From the NCBI GenBank assembly GCA_951406725.2, contig OX597831.1, positions 4,650,001 to 4,714,000 of the forward strand: a stretch of DNA of 64,000 bases, given 5' to 3'. Shown piece after piece: positions 41,077 through 55,337 of the stretch. Positions within the stretch are counted from its first letter, which is position 1. Each line of letters opens with the position of its first letter. This DNA comes from Octopus vulgaris (lineage: Eukaryota). The notes beneath the pieces were generated by a model. It searched no databases. It was not told where the DNA came from and saw only the letters and a program-made list of their open reading frames with translations. Position numbers and translations under genes: made by a program.

Positions 41077-42113
41077 TATAAACAGATCGATCGACGTATA
41101 GATATATGCATATACATATTTACATATATGCATATATATACATATATATGTGTGTGTATGTATGTATGCTTGTGCGTTTGTAGGTGTGTATGTTTCGTAT
41201 GGTTATAGATTGCTGAGAGATATAAAAAAAAATGCAATTATGTGCTGTATCAGTCAGTTATCTGACAGACGAACCAGTAGAAGTGAAGCTACTTAAGACA
41301 GTTAATCTTCAGGTCATTCTAATTGTGCCTTTAACTAAACACATATCGTATTGGAAGTCGTCTTCGCTGGAAACATAACGGTCACTGATTCAAACGCATG
41401 ACCAACGGTCATTGGGAAGGATTACTTTATTCTTGTAAACAAAGTTGAAATATGTGGTTACTCGGTCAGTTAGAAATAACACCCAAATCCCATTTTAAAA
41501 ACAACACTTTAAATTAGAAGATCATGTTTGGAAATATTGATGTAGTTACAGTGTTTGAAATGATACGGTGGCATATGCCATCCGAAAAGTATTGATTTTA
41601 TATTCGTATATTCGATCATGTAATATATACTCGATAAAGACTGGCCTGGAGCAATAGAATTATAGCAGTAACACTCTTGGTTGAAATTCTGGTGTTTCCA
41701 GTGTCGGATTTCTATCTTCTCCGAGGAAATTGCCCGTTTGGGTAACACTTAGAACAAAGCTGTATCGGAACATTTACCTTCGATGCATATGTAATGCAGT
41801 AGATTTACATTTAAATCAACTAAGTGCATATAACTGCTACATCGAAAGGGTACTAGGATACTTAACCAGCAGAAACACGTGTCGGTTTGGAATTTGATGG
41901 GAATAATACTTTAATGAATACATTTTGAAGATGCATAATGCTCCACTGCTTTTTGGGGATGTCTTGTATACTTACATACATACATACATACATGTGTGTA
42001 CATACATACATACGTACGTAGTACGTACGTACATACATACATACATACATACATACATACATACATACATACATACATACATACATACATACATACATAC
42101 ATACATACATACA

Positions 42114-42144
<31 letters not shown>

Positions 42145-42211
42145 GTACAAACATACGTACGTACGTACATGTATACATACATACATATACACACATAAAT
42201 ACATACATACA

Positions 42212-42920
42212 TGAACCAAACACCTGATGTAGAAAAGGGATAGAGATGCAAGAAAAGCAGTAAAATGTGACAACTGAGGCAAACGGGATTTCACACTGAA
42301 GATATCACTCACACCATAAGCAGTTGTCCGAAAATGTCATCATGGTATTATCAATCGATGAGGCATGATGTTGTAGCTAGGACACTCTATAATGAAATCC
42401 ATCGGAAGGATAACCCCGAGGAAAAAGAAATAAGAACCTACAGGATGGGAGAAGCCATAGCCACTCATAATAGAAAGGAGTACTGGTGGAATGTCCCAGT
42501 GGAGACCTCAATAAAATTTAAGAACAACAGACCTGATATAATGATTTGGGATAAGCGAAGAGAAACTGTGTGCAGTTATGGAAATCAACTGCAAAGCGGA
42601 TGTTAACATAAAGCTGAAGATCAATGAAAAAGAGAATACCTACGCTGAAATATTAAGAAATCTACAGTTATTCTATCCAGACTACAAGTTCAGGTTTATT
42701 CCTGTAGTTATTGGGGCCTTGGGATATGTAACACATTGCCTAAATACCAATCTTGAGAAATGAGGCTTCTCAAAACCAGAAAGGAGAAAGCTGAGTCGTA
42801 GTCTACGGATCCAATCCATCACTGAAACTGAAAATCTGTAAAACTTTCCATATGTGAGGATGTCTAGCTATTCAGCTATATACATGAGAACACACCCATA
42901 AACAAAACATTCAAATCGTA
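42212..42920 (+). mobile_element. RLE-type (R4-related) retrotransposon 3' fragment inside (TACA)n
   Basis: EDITHTISSCPKM..RHDVVARTLYNEI..YWWNVPV..NRPDIMIWD..KENTYAEIL..FIPVVIGALG; TACA repeats on both flanks. Confidence 0.85.
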
Positions 42921-42926
42921 CATGCA

Positions 42927-42960
<34 letters not shown>

Positions 42961-43145
42961 CATACATACATACATACATACATGCATACATACATACATA
43001 CATACATACAAATAAAAATAACGTGTTAAGAAACCTTGAAATAAAACTGAATGATGATATACACACACATACATATATATTCTTTGATTCTTTTATTCTC
43101 TTACTTGTTTCAGTCATTTGCCTTCGACCATGCTGGAGACGTCCT

Positions 43146-43182
<37 letters not shown>

Positions 43183-43292
43183 TGTATGTATGTATGTATG
43201 TATGTATGTATGTATGTATGTATGTATGTATGTATATGTATATATATATATATATATACGTACATACATACATACATACATACATACATACA

Positions 43293-43328
<36 letters not shown>

Positions 43329-43339
43329 TATGTATATAT

Positions 43340-43600
43340 ACTGTTGTGTTGGGGAGAGTAATTTTCTTTTTTTTTTGTGCCTTATAAACACACACTGGTA
43401 AAATTTCCCCTATTTCTATTTCTTTTTCCTAAAATTTTCGGAAAATAAAAATAAGAAATAAGTGGAAATTTTACCTATGAGTGTGTTAAATTATAAGGCC
43501 CAAAAAACAAAAAAAAAAGAAATTGACTCTCACCAGACTCAACAGAATACGCTTCAACACACGAACTCACATAAAGAATCTTGCAAACCAAATCCCAAAA

Positions 43601-43605
<5 letters not shown>
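43340..43605. repeat. Fold-back repeat, same family as 50794-51080
   Basis: Arms ~43340-43430 and ~43440-43548 are complementary; followed by cacataaagaatcttgcaaaccaaat, shared with ~51044. Confidence 0.7.
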
Positions 43606-43639
<34 letters not shown>

Positions 43640-43643
<4 letters not shown>

Positions 43644-44150
43644 TAATTAGCAGGAGCTATAGAGTAATTCAAAGTCCGAGAGTTTCGTGCGTTGAAACAT
43701 TGAAAAAAATCATCCCCTTTTTCCATGTTTGCCGAGCTTCAGACATGATCCATTCCATGACCACCTTCTCTTGTTGTTTTATTATTGTTATTTTTAATGA
43801 TCGATTATTCGATTTGACTGACCTTAGTGGAACTTTCGTGCTTAGGAAACTATTTGATAATTATGTAACTTCCACAGAAACGAGATGGTATACTCCACAT
43901 ATAAATGATACATCCCCCCAAAGGGCCACAGGCAAGGATAAAGTAGCCAGTGATTGTGACATGTCAATTAATAAACTCATTGAGATGAAGACACACACAT
44001 CCAGCTGATGTTATCGTGAAAGTCAATCTGGCAAAGAAATCCGTCCCGATCGATGTATCGATTGTAACAGGCGACAAAATATCACTGAAAGAAATATAAT
44101 ATCCATCTCAATGGAACGATTGAGAAGTTCAGAAAATAAGGACAGGAAAC
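43640..44150 (+). mobile_element. Old degenerate R4/Dong-like RLE fragment
   Basis: GTFVLRKLFDNYVTSTETRWY and PADVIVKVNLAKKSVPIDVSIVTGDKISLKE align by eye to GTYIHWKLCQHYGITTEKRWY and RPDIVVRD..LIDVSIPADDNVSLKE. Confidence 0.65.
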
Positions 44151-44157
44151 TGAAATA

Positions 44158-44201
<44 letters not shown>

Positions 44202-44328
44202 AACAATAATAATAACAATAATAATGATAGTAGTAGTACTAGTAGCAGCAGCAGTAATAGTAGTAGTAGTAGTAAAAGTAGTAATAATGAGTAGTAGTAG
44301 TAGTAGTAGTAAAAATAATAATAATGTA

Positions 44329-44384
<56 letters not shown>

Positions 44385-44399
44385 AAAATAATAATGATG

Positions 44400-44430
<31 letters not shown>

Positions 44431-44436
44431 TGATAA

Positions 44437-45775
44437 TGATAAAGGCTTACGACACGTTGCCGCATTCGTGGATTTTGGAACCACTTGACATGTGTGCAAT
44501 AACTGAGAATGTGTGTGCACTGATTAAGAACTGCATGTCTATTTGGAAAACACTACTTTTCTGTAACAACCGGCACTTAGCCGAAGTAACAATCAAAAGC
44601 GGTATCTTCCAGGGAGACTCTTGTTCGCCTTTCTTGTTATTTGTTATAGACTTGATCACACTTTCTGTAGTCCCACGCAAAGTCAATGCTCACTATGAGC
44701 AGAGAAAGAATGGACCTCGTCTCAACCATCTTCTTTTCGTGGATGATTTAAAACTGATCGTAAAAACAGTCTAAAATGGAGAGGCTGTTTTAGACTGTGC
44801 AGCAAGGATTTAGGGATGGAATTCGGTATCTCGGAGTGTGCGGTGCTCACTTTGAAACGGAGGTAAAAGAGCAGATTGTAAGGGCATAGAATTGACAAAT
44901 GGGGAGAGAATGGAAGACCCGGCTGATGATGGGTACAATTACTGAAGGCCGGATATAGTAAACTTTACGAGAGACAAACAAGCCTAATAATCGACATGAC
45001 AGTGCCAGAAGATCATGGCTGTGTGGTAAGTAGCTTGCTAACCAACCACATGATTCTGGGTTCAGTCCCACTGCGTGGCATCTTGGGCAAGTGTCTTCTG
45101 CTATATCCCCGGGCCGACCAATGACTTGTGAGTGGATTTGGTAGACGGAAACTGAAAGAAGCCTGTCGTATATATGTATATGTATATATATGTATGTGTG
45201 TGTTTGTGTGTCTGTGTTTGTCCCCCTAGCATTGCTTGACAACCGATGATGGTGTGTGTTTACGTCCCCGTCACTTAGCGGTTCGGCAAAAGAGACCGAT
45301 AGAATAAGTACTGGGCTTACAAAAGAATAAGTCCCGGGGTCGATTTTCTCGACTAAAGGCGGTGCTCCAGCATGGCCGCAGTCAAATGACTGAAACAAGT
45401 AAAAGAGTAAAAGAGTAAAGAGCATATCATGAAGGAAAGAGAATGGGTTGATAAATGTGGAAATCTGAGAATTGAGATCGCTAAGATGTGGCAGCTACGT
45501 GAGTCAAACATAAAGGTTGACCCTATTGTCATCGGAGCATTGGGTTCAATACCACTTAACCTGCCAAAAAAAAAACATCTGGAGACTTTAGAAATACTCT
45601 AGAATCTAAGTGTATTGCAAAAATCGGCATTACGTGGAACTGCACGCATATTGCATAAAGTACTGTCTGTCTGAGGTCCTTGTGACTTGACAGACAATAC
45701 AAACCCCTGGGACACACAATATCTTCGATCAACAGATTCCAGCATCGCGATATTTGGTACTGTGTGACATCTTCA
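44437..45775 (+). mobile_element. R4/Dong-like element, RT core fragment plus 3' end, interrupted by a SINE A
   Basis: KAYDTLPHSW..GIFQGDSCSP..LNHLLFVDDLKL (RT motifs, 44440-44770); after the SINE, LRIEIAKMW..PIVIGALG..GTARILHKVL; starts at a TAA/TGA tract. Confidence 0.88.
45016..45422 (+). mobile_element. SINE family A
   Basis: Nearly identical to 20127-20538. Confidence 0.92.
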
Positions 45776-45863
45776 ACAATAATACAAATCCTTTCTATTA
45801 TAGGCACAAAGCCTGAAACTTGGGGGAGGGGGGGGCTAGTCTGTCTGTCTGTCTCTCTCTCTC

Positions 45864-45932
<69 letters not shown>

Positions 45933-45937
<5 letters not shown>

Positions 45938-46077
45938 GGTCCCGGGTTGATTCGGGGTTAACCACAGTAAGTAAGGTACTCAATACATAGCAGAGTAAAA
46001 TTAATTTATTATATAGAAGGAGCTTCTACAGGACTAGTACTGTTTCATTCAACTCAACCCCGAGAAATTCTTCAGGA

Positions 46078-46081
<4 letters not shown>
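45933..46081 (-). mobile_element. Short (TA)n-flanked element with hammerhead-like core (rearranged copy at 9771-9862)
   Basis: Minus strand CTGAAGA-atttc..gaat-GAAA-cagtactag-TC; ~68 bp identical to the reverse complement of 9795-9862. Confidence 0.55.
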
Positions 46082-46134
<53 letters not shown>

Positions 46135-46156
46135 TGTATGTATGTATGTATATATG

Positions 46157-46203
<47 letters not shown>

Positions 46204-46223
46204 GCATATATATATATTTGGTC

Positions 46224-46263
<40 letters not shown>

Positions 46264-46327
46264 TAGCCCCCTCCCCCAAGTTTCAGGCCTTGTGCCCATA
46301 GTAGAAAGGATTTGTATTATTGTTGAA

Positions 46328-46364
<37 letters not shown>

Positions 46365-46370
<6 letters not shown>

Positions 46371-46610
46371 CTTCTCCGACCACTGTTCCTGGGAGAGTCG
46401 TGGTGTTAGAGTCCTCACAGACTCTTCCCCCATAAAGCCATGTCCGTCATTACATTTTCCGGCTGGATTCTCAGGCGTGACTAACTAACTCTATGAATAT
46501 TATCCAACCATCTCAGACGAGGACCACCATTAGGTCTGTTGCTGGCTGGTTTTTCCCGGAAATCCCTCATGCAAGTCTTTCCTGCGACATTCTCGTCGGA
46601 TAATTTATTA
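46365..46610 (-). mobile_element. RTE-clade LINE 3' remnant
   Basis: KPASNRPNGGPRLRWLDNI resembles the RTE C-terminal G.RPRGRPR.RW.D motif. Confidence 0.6.
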
Positions 46611-46664
46611 CAATTCGCCGAGCCGAAACTTCCCAAGAAAACACTGATAATAACACTCACATGG

Positions 46665-46880
46665 ATTTCAAATTTCGGCACAAGGCCAGCAATTTCGATG
46701 AAGAGGGTAAATCGATTGGATCGACCTCCGTGTTCAACGAGTAATTATTTAATTAACTCCGAAAGGATGAAAGGCAAAGTCAACCATCCGCGGAATTTGA
46801 ACTCGGAACATAAAACCGGACGAAATATCGCTAAGCATTTTGACCGGCGTGCTAGCGATCCTGTATGCTTGCCGCCTTAC
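46665..46880 (-). mobile_element. SINE family B, diverged
   Basis: cgaaaggatgaaaggcaaagtc...ggaatttgaactc...gccgcctt. Confidence 0.8.
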
Positions 46881-46919
46881 AAAGTAACACCCATATTGCT
46901 GTCATTAATTTGGCATTAA

Positions 46920-47172
46920 ACTTTATTTTGCTTCTTGGGTCATGCCGAACAATAAGGGCTGGTTCCCCGGTTTTCATGGCGTATAATTTCTCCACCCGGA
47001 CGGGTCACCAATTCGACGCAGGGTTACCCATTTTCGCCTGGAGAGTGGACTGGAGCAACATGAAATGAAGTGTTTTGCTCAAGAACACAACGCGTCATCC
47101 GGTCCAGGAATCGAAACCACAATCTGACGCTCATGAGCTCAACACCGTTAACCACTAAGCCATGCACCTCCA
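46920..47172 (-). mobile_element. SINE family C
   Basis: Reverse-complement similarity to 20688-20950. Confidence 0.75.
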
Positions 47173-47654
47173 CACTATTTTGGCTCTGAGCGAACAAGAA
47201 GCACAATAGCAACCACAATAACAATCATAATATCTGTCATGATATCAAGCATACCAGTTATAATAACGGGCATAACAACCATCTGAATATCAAATAACGC
47301 TACATTCAGAAGAGTCGAAACATAATCCAGTTCTTTACCGTTTCGGCCATCGAACTTGATTTTAATAAATTTGGGTTTCAAATTTTGGCACAAGGCAGCA
47401 AATTTTTTTTTCTCGTTTTTTTTTTTGTGTGTGTTTTTGGTGGGGGAGGGTTGACAGGAACAAGTCAAGTACATCGACACCAGTGATCACCTGGTACTTG
47501 TTTTATCGCTCGAGAGAATGAAGGGCAAAGTCCAAAATTGTGACTACATGAAACAATAAAATTATTGGTAACACTATGTATGTATGCATCTGTCTATCTG
47601 TCTGTCTATGTATGTATGCATGTATATATGTATGTATGTATATATGTATGTATG

Positions 47655-47808
<154 letters not shown>

Positions 47809-48359
47809 ACTCTCTATATATATACTATATATTTTTTACATATACATACATACGTACATATACATACATACCTACATATATATATACATATATATATACA
47901 CACACATGCATACATATATATGGTTGGATGGATAGCTAGATAGATATATAGGTATAATAGGTATATTCATGTATATACGTACTAATATTTATACACGAAT
48001 ACATATATATGTATCTGTATATATGCAAATATATATACATGTGTGTGTATACATACATGTATACATACATGCATACATACATATATATATATATGCATAC
48101 ATACATACATACATACATATATATACATATATATACACACGCACACATATATATGTATATAATTATCCGTTCGTCTTATTACACATGTATGTATGTTTGT
48201 ATGTATGTATGTATGTATGTATGTATGTATGTATGTATGTAGATACGTATAGTGATTTCTTAATCAGGCATAAAGACTAGTTTATCATGTTAGTGTGCTT
48301 GAGCATGCGTGTTGGAACTGTGATTTAGATGATGTATAGATTCTGATGAACTGATAGAG

Positions 48360-48391
<32 letters not shown>

Positions 48392-49162
48392 GGGGCAAAG
48401 ACAGGGAAAATAAAAGTCAAAGACAGAGAGAAGGGGGGAGTTAGGAAAAAGCTAGAGAGAGGGAAAATAGCAAAAGAAGGGGAGTGAGAAAATAAACGAA
48501 AACAAAAAAAGATGGAGGAAAACGTTGAGTGTTGGAGGAGAGCATTGTGTGTTTGTGTAATGATGGTCAGTGCACATTAGTATAGGATGAAAAACCGCAT
48601 CAGAAGGGGGAAAAAAATGTTGTATTTTGTGAAATTTTGATCGTGAAGAGAAGGAGGAAGAGCATCAGTAGAGAAGAAGGGGTAGGAGGAGCGGTAGGAG
48701 AAGGGAATCGAAGGACAGGAAATGGTTATAATGGAGGATTATAGAATAACGGAAATGGTAATTGAATGTGAAGTATAGACTAGGTGAAAGAGGAGGGTAG
48801 AAGGAGGAGGGAGAGCGGAGAGCATGTGGTGGGAGAGAGAAGGTGTGAAGGGGAGGAAAGACAGAGGGAGGGAGAAGAAGAAATGGAACGGGAGTAACAG
48901 AGGGAAGGTCATAAAATATATAACGACTGAGATGGAATTGTGTGCATGCGTGAGAGAGAAAGAGAGTGGAAAGAGAGAGAGAGAGAGAGAAAGAGATATA
49001 GAGAGAGGAGGGAAAGAGAGAGATGGGAGAGAGAGAAGGAAAGACAGAGAGAGAACACGAGGTATGTGCTTTTGCTGAACATATAGGGAGAAAGTGAGAA
49101 ATAAATAAATATATATGTATATATATGTATATGTATATATATATATACCTATATATAGATAC

Positions 49163-49241
<79 letters not shown>

Positions 49242-49310
49242 CATATATATATGTGTGTGTGTATATATACGTATTCATATATATATATGTATATATGTAT
49301 ATATATATAC

Positions 49311-49349
<39 letters not shown>

Positions 49350-49534
49350 ACATAGATAAATAGAGAGAGAGAGTGAGAGACAGAGAGACTAACAAACAAA
49401 CAGAGAAACAGACAGCAAACAGTCAGACGGATAGATAGACATGGATATGGATACAGATATAAATATGGAGAATATACAGTAAGTGTGGGTGGGTTTGTGA
49501 GATAGAGAGAGAAGAGAGAGAGAGAGAGTGAGAA

Positions 49535-49593
<59 letters not shown>

Positions 49594-50283
49594 TTAAAAG
49601 ATAGGTAAATAGATACAGAGTGGAAGGGGGGCAATGAGAGAATTGGTGGATAAAATTACGATTAAACTTAAATTCTGTCTAACGATGACGAATTCGGACA
49701 GACAAACAGACAGGCAGACGCACGCATGTACACACACACACAAACACACAAACATATATATATATATATATATATACACCTACACACGTTTATATATATA
49801 TATATTAATAAATAAAATAAAACATATGCATATATATAAACATATATGTGCGTACCAACCTCTACATGTACATATACACGCATATATGAGTACAGGACAC
49901 CAAAAGGACGTCGAACACAATGAGAAACGAAAACATAGACACAAACCAAAGGAACCAATATACACACCTACATATGTTTATATGTAGTGTGTTGAGTCAA
50001 CCGCTCAGCAATATTTGGAGACTTATTTGCCTGACTCTTCGAGTTACAGTAAAAGTAGCCTCGCTTTCAAACTAGAAACTGTCGTGTTGCACCGTCTGAA
50101 GTGCACCTTCTGCAAGTTCTTTCCGCCACGCTAATACCAATTCTTGTCCTTCGAGGTGAAAGGCTCTTTCACTGGCCCCTACTTTCAAATGATAGGCTGT
50201 TTTTGTTGTAACTTGAATAAACCCAAAAGTTACGAAAATATTGCAAAATTTTAAAATTTTGACTCAACTCTCTCTCTCTCTCT

Positions 50284-50340
<57 letters not shown>

Positions 50341-50793
50341 TTGGTCTGGCCGTTGTCCGTGCAACATCGATATTCCTCCCTGTGTTTGTGAAATCTTGTA
50401 TCCCTACCGTAAGGCTTCATTTCCACACAAGCCAGCTTTATTTAATTCGTCCTTAGTCTAAAGACACCTGTTATTATTTTTATTGTATTTCTGTAACATT
50501 GTCCGTTTTTTTCCGTCCTTCTTTTTGCATACATTTGCTGCTTTCTTCCAAGGAATCTAATACTCTTAGCTTAGTTTTTCCTTGGAGCTGACCAGATTGG
50601 AGCAATCTCAATTATAATCAGCCGAAATTGCGAAGATATCTGGTACTTGATCGAGGAAAGAAAACTTCGAATGACCCGTCCTTGTTTTCTTTGTATCGTC
50701 TATCTGCATGTTTTGTTGTCCCATTTTTGTATCACCTAACTGTCAGGATGTTTTGGATTCTTGTCCCATTTTTGCATATATATATATATATAC

Positions 50794-51080
50794 TCTGTTT
50801 TAATGCCTTATTAATTAACATACTCACCGGTTCTATTTCCACTCATGTTTTTCTAAAATTTTCGTTGCTTCTTACAACCTCTTCAATAGGCTATTGAAGA
50901 GGTTCTAAGAAGCACCGAAACGTTTTAGAAAAAATAAATATGTAAATGAGTGGAAATCGAACCGGCGCGTGTGTTAATTAATAGGGCATTAAAACAGAAT
51001 GACTTTCCCCAGACGCAATAAAGTATACTTCAAGATACGAATTCACATAAAGAATCTTGCAAACCAAATACAAAAACGAA
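50794..51080. mobile_element. Head-to-head fold-back element with hammerhead-like motifs on both arms
   Basis: Axis ~50890; cta-TTGAAGA-ggt..acc-GAAACGTT-ttag on +, mirrored on -. Confidence 0.65.
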
Positions 51081-51872
51081 ACACACATATACACATACAA
51101 ATCTACACTGCTACACTGCTGGAAAAAAGTGAGGAGTACCTGAATTTCAAAGGGCCAGCTTTGTCACACTCTCTGTTCACGCTGAATCTACATGAGAACT
51201 ACGTTAAGGGTACACGTATCTGTGGATTGCTCAGCCACTTGCACATTAACTTCACGAGCAAGCTGTTTCGTTGATCGGATCAACTGGAGACCTCGTCGTC
51301 GTAACCGACGGAGTACCATTGCATACATACATACATACATACATACAAACATACACATATCCTAAAATTCAGCATAGGAAGACAGTGAAGGAATATGTGC
51401 TCCAGCATGGCCACGGTCAAATGACTGAAACAAATAAAGGAATAAAAGAATGCAAGTTATTTCTGTGGTAATTGTGGCCCGGTGATATACACGACAGTTT
51501 GGGGAAATATAACCCTATGGTCCTGTGTTCAACTCCCACAAAAAGAACCATTTCGAGAGTAGCAGGATGACACTTAGCTGAACCCGGCTCCCTTAAATTG
51601 CCAGCAGTTAACGGGAATTAAGGGGCCAAAATATTTGACTAACGCGAGTTCTGAATATTTCTCCTGCTGTACACTTGCTACGTAACTACATCCCTCTTTT
51701 TACATAAAATCACAAGAATTCAGAATGTTTTGAATAAATTACTTTTAAACGACATTGCCGATAATCGTCGTTTGCTTACGAAAAGTCAATCCAGTGAGAG
51801 GTGTATACGAGCAATTACTGCTTATTAAGAACATATTTTCTTTATAAGCCTACTACAGTGTCGATATATGTG

Positions 51873-51909
<37 letters not shown>

Positions 51910-51912
<3 letters not shown>

Positions 51913-52140
51913 GTTAATCCAAACATGAAAACACAAAGAGAAAACACAACAACGCGAGGACGTGGAACAAATATAGTATTATTGGACGCTCAGGAAGGAA
52001 GGAAGGGAAGAAGCAGGGTTTAACGTTTCGAGCGAAGCTCTTCATCGGAAACATAGGAGAAGGAAAGATCCAGAGAAGGGAAGACAGAAGAAAAAAATCG
52101 CCAACGGTAAACATGAGGTCACATCTGGAAATGGATGCCT
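51910..52140 (-). mobile_element. Penelope-like terminal repeat with minimal hammerhead (52018-52052), ending at (TA)n
   Basis: Minus strand: gttt-CCGATGA-a-gagc ttc gctc-GAAACGTT-aaac. Confidence 0.7.
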
Positions 52141-52196
52141 CGCGTTCAATTAAGTACTAATAATATATATATATATATATACTTACACATACATAT

Positions 52197-52294
52197 ATGG
52201 GTACTGTACGTCGCCAACGGAGCAAATAACATGAAATACGTAAACAAACGAGGTATTTCATTTATTTGCACCGTTGGTGATGTCCTGTACCCAT
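52197..52294. repeat. Short fold-back of a TA-adjacent repeat terminus (related 32635-32712)
   Basis: atgggtactgtacgtcgccaacggagcaaataa / ttatttgcaccgttggtgatgtcctgtacccat. Confidence 0.65.
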
Positions 52295-52297
52295 AGA

Positions 52298-52337
<40 letters not shown>

Positions 52338-52556
52338 TCGTCACAAATAGCGATTGACAGTGCCGGAGAACCTACGTTGCAAGAAATATGAGTGAAAAAC
52401 TCTTGATACTATAGGAAGCGTGCAATATATATACAGATTTTTCCTTCATGGTTCTATATTGCGCCTACATATGCATACATATATATATACATATATACAT
52501 ATATACATATATATACATATATACATATGCATACATATATATACATATATACATAT

Positions 52557-52589
<33 letters not shown>

Positions 52590-52601
52590 TATATACATAT
52601 A

Positions 52602-52641
<40 letters not shown>

Positions 52642-52800
52642 GCATACATTCATACATACATACATACATTTATATATATATATAAACGTATATATACGTA
52701 TACATACATACATACATACACAAACATATATATATAATATATCTATCTATCTATATATATATATACATATATATATACATACATATATGTATATATATAA

Positions 52801-52835
<35 letters not shown>

Positions 52836-52841
52836 TATATA

Positions 52842-52877
<36 letters not shown>

Positions 52878-53195
52878 TATATGTATGTATGTATGTATGT
52901 ATATATGTATGTATGTATATATATATCGGCATTCTAATAAGTTTTCTATAAAGAAAATACGTTTTATGATTATATTTAGTATCATATCAAAGAATTTTAC
53001 AACGGGCAGTTTATCGTTCGTGTTTTATTTTTTGTTTGTTCGTGGGGCGAGATCTTCAAAGACATTTATTTTTGAGATTCTTATGTCTGTGTTTCCATCG
53101 ATGTCTTGGGAGCATAGAAACGCTACACACAGACATGCGCACGCATCCACGTTTTCATACATCCGTAGACACTCATATAATACGTCTATATCTTT

Positions 53196-53249
<54 letters not shown>

Positions 53250-53324
53250 GTCAGTCAGTCTATCTATTTATACATACATACTTATATACCTTCATAAATT
53301 ATATATATATATATATATATGTAA

Positions 53325-53359
53325 ATGGATTTGGTAGACGGAAATTGAAAGAAGCCCGT

Positions 53360-53404
<45 letters not shown>

Positions 53405-53630
53405 ACGTATGTATATGTTTGTGTATCTGTGCTTATCCCCTGCCATCTTGACGACAGATGTTGGTGTGTTTACGTTCGCATAACCTAGCGGTTCGGCAAA
53501 TGACACCAATAGAATAAGTACGATGCTTATGAAGAATAAGTCCTGGGTCGATTTGTTCGACTATAGGCGGTGCCCCATCATGGCCGCAGTGAAATGACTG
53601 CAACATATAAAAGCATACAATAATAAAAGA
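53325..53630 (+). mobile_element. SINE family A, 5'-truncated
   Basis: ggatttggtagacggaaattgaaagaagcccgtc...catggccgcagtg. Confidence 0.85.
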
Positions 53631-53637
53631 ATATATA

Positions 53638-53708
<71 letters not shown>

Positions 53709-53854
53709 GTATATATATGTATATGTATATATATATATGTATGTATATATATATGTATAACCCATTTATCAACCCTATTATCTCCCCTTATTTCGCTCTC
53801 GCGTCTCATGTTTGATCTTTGACCTCTGGCCGAAATCAGATCGCCATGTTGATT

Positions 53855-54049
53855 CGTTAGCTACTGCACGCATTTTTTTCTCTCCTTCTTTCTGTGTTTT
53901 TCTCTCTCTGTGTATCTTTCTGTTGAAGAGCGTAGGCTCGAAACGTTAAAGACTTGTTTTATTTATATTTCCTGAGCGCCATACTAATACAATTGTTCGT
54001 TTGTTTTCCACCTGCCTTCGTCTTTTGTTTATTTTCATAAAGCTTCCCG
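53855..54049 (+). mobile_element. Penelope-like terminal repeat with minimal hammerhead (53915-53953), ending at (TA)n
   Basis: tcttt-CTGTTGA-a-gagc gtag gctc-GAAACGTT-aaaga. Confidence 0.7.
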
Positions 54050-54102
<53 letters not shown>

Positions 54103-54103
54103 A

Positions 54104-54139
<36 letters not shown>

Positions 54140-54177
54140 CATATATATACATATATATGTATATATATATATGTATA

Positions 54178-54295
<118 letters not shown>

Positions 54296-55159
54296 TTATG
54301 TGCCTTGAATGGCTTATTTTCTAATAAACGTTATACCTATTAGTTACCATGACTCTGTTCCTTCATAAAGCCCTCTGCTTCCGTCAGAAAGCTGTTTTCT
54401 TTTCTCTGAATTTTCTCTGTATTCGGCACTTTCTCAAATGCATTACTACGCTAAGCTGGGGCTTAGAAATGAGTAAGAATGATTTTGTAATTTTCGATGT
54501 TTGTATTGGAAGACATTTCCAATTGACGCGTGCAATTTTGCAATTTCCAAGTGTATGAGACTGCAGTATATTATTCTTCATGCTGTTGAATCAGCTGAAT
54601 GCAGATGCACTGGCGTCCATTTGTATTGGTCTTCCTACTTGTTTAATTTTGACGTTGATAACTTCTAGGAATTTTCTTGTATCCTTTATTTGTATGAATC
54701 AATGCATCTTTTTACTTGCATGACTCAATGAATCAATGTATCTTGTATCTGTTGCTTTTATGGGTCAATGGATTGCGGCCATGCTGGTGCATCGCTTTTA
54801 AGGGTTTTATTTGAAAAACCCGACTCCAGTACTAATTTTTCTTTTAGAAATTCTGTTACCTATTCTATCGTTCTCTTTTACTGAACCACTAGTTGACGGT
54901 GATGTAAAGAAACTAACACCGGCTGTCAAACGCTACGGCGACAAACACAAACACAAACACAAATACAAACACACACACAAACACACATACACACATATAC
55001 TTACATACATACATACATACATTCATACATATATATAAACATATATATATATATACATATACATACATGCACATTTACACACAAACACATTTACATACAT
55101 ACGTACATACATATACACGCATACACATTTCCGTCTACCAAATCCATTTACAAGGATAT

Positions 55160-55337
55160 GATCGGTCCAGCTGGAGACCCAAATTTCCGATTTCTTTTAC
55201 AGGGTTTAGAAAAAATAAAGGACCGCTGCAATAAGTGTGTGAATCTGAGATAGCAATATGTTGAATAAAATCATAATTAACTGATCCTCCAGGATTTTCT
55301 TTTAGCCGAATCCGGGAAATTTTCTGTATCCCCTCGG
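55160..55337 (+). mobile_element. Mariner transposase C-terminus plus right TIR remnant
   Basis: GLEKIKDRCNKCVNLR*QYVE* resembles mariner GI.KL..RW.KC....G.YVE; ends aattttctgtatcccctcg. Confidence 0.7.

Noticed and set aside
44847-45425. Recurrent [12 protein letters not shown] peptide ORFs
   Set aside because: Antisense translation of SINE family A
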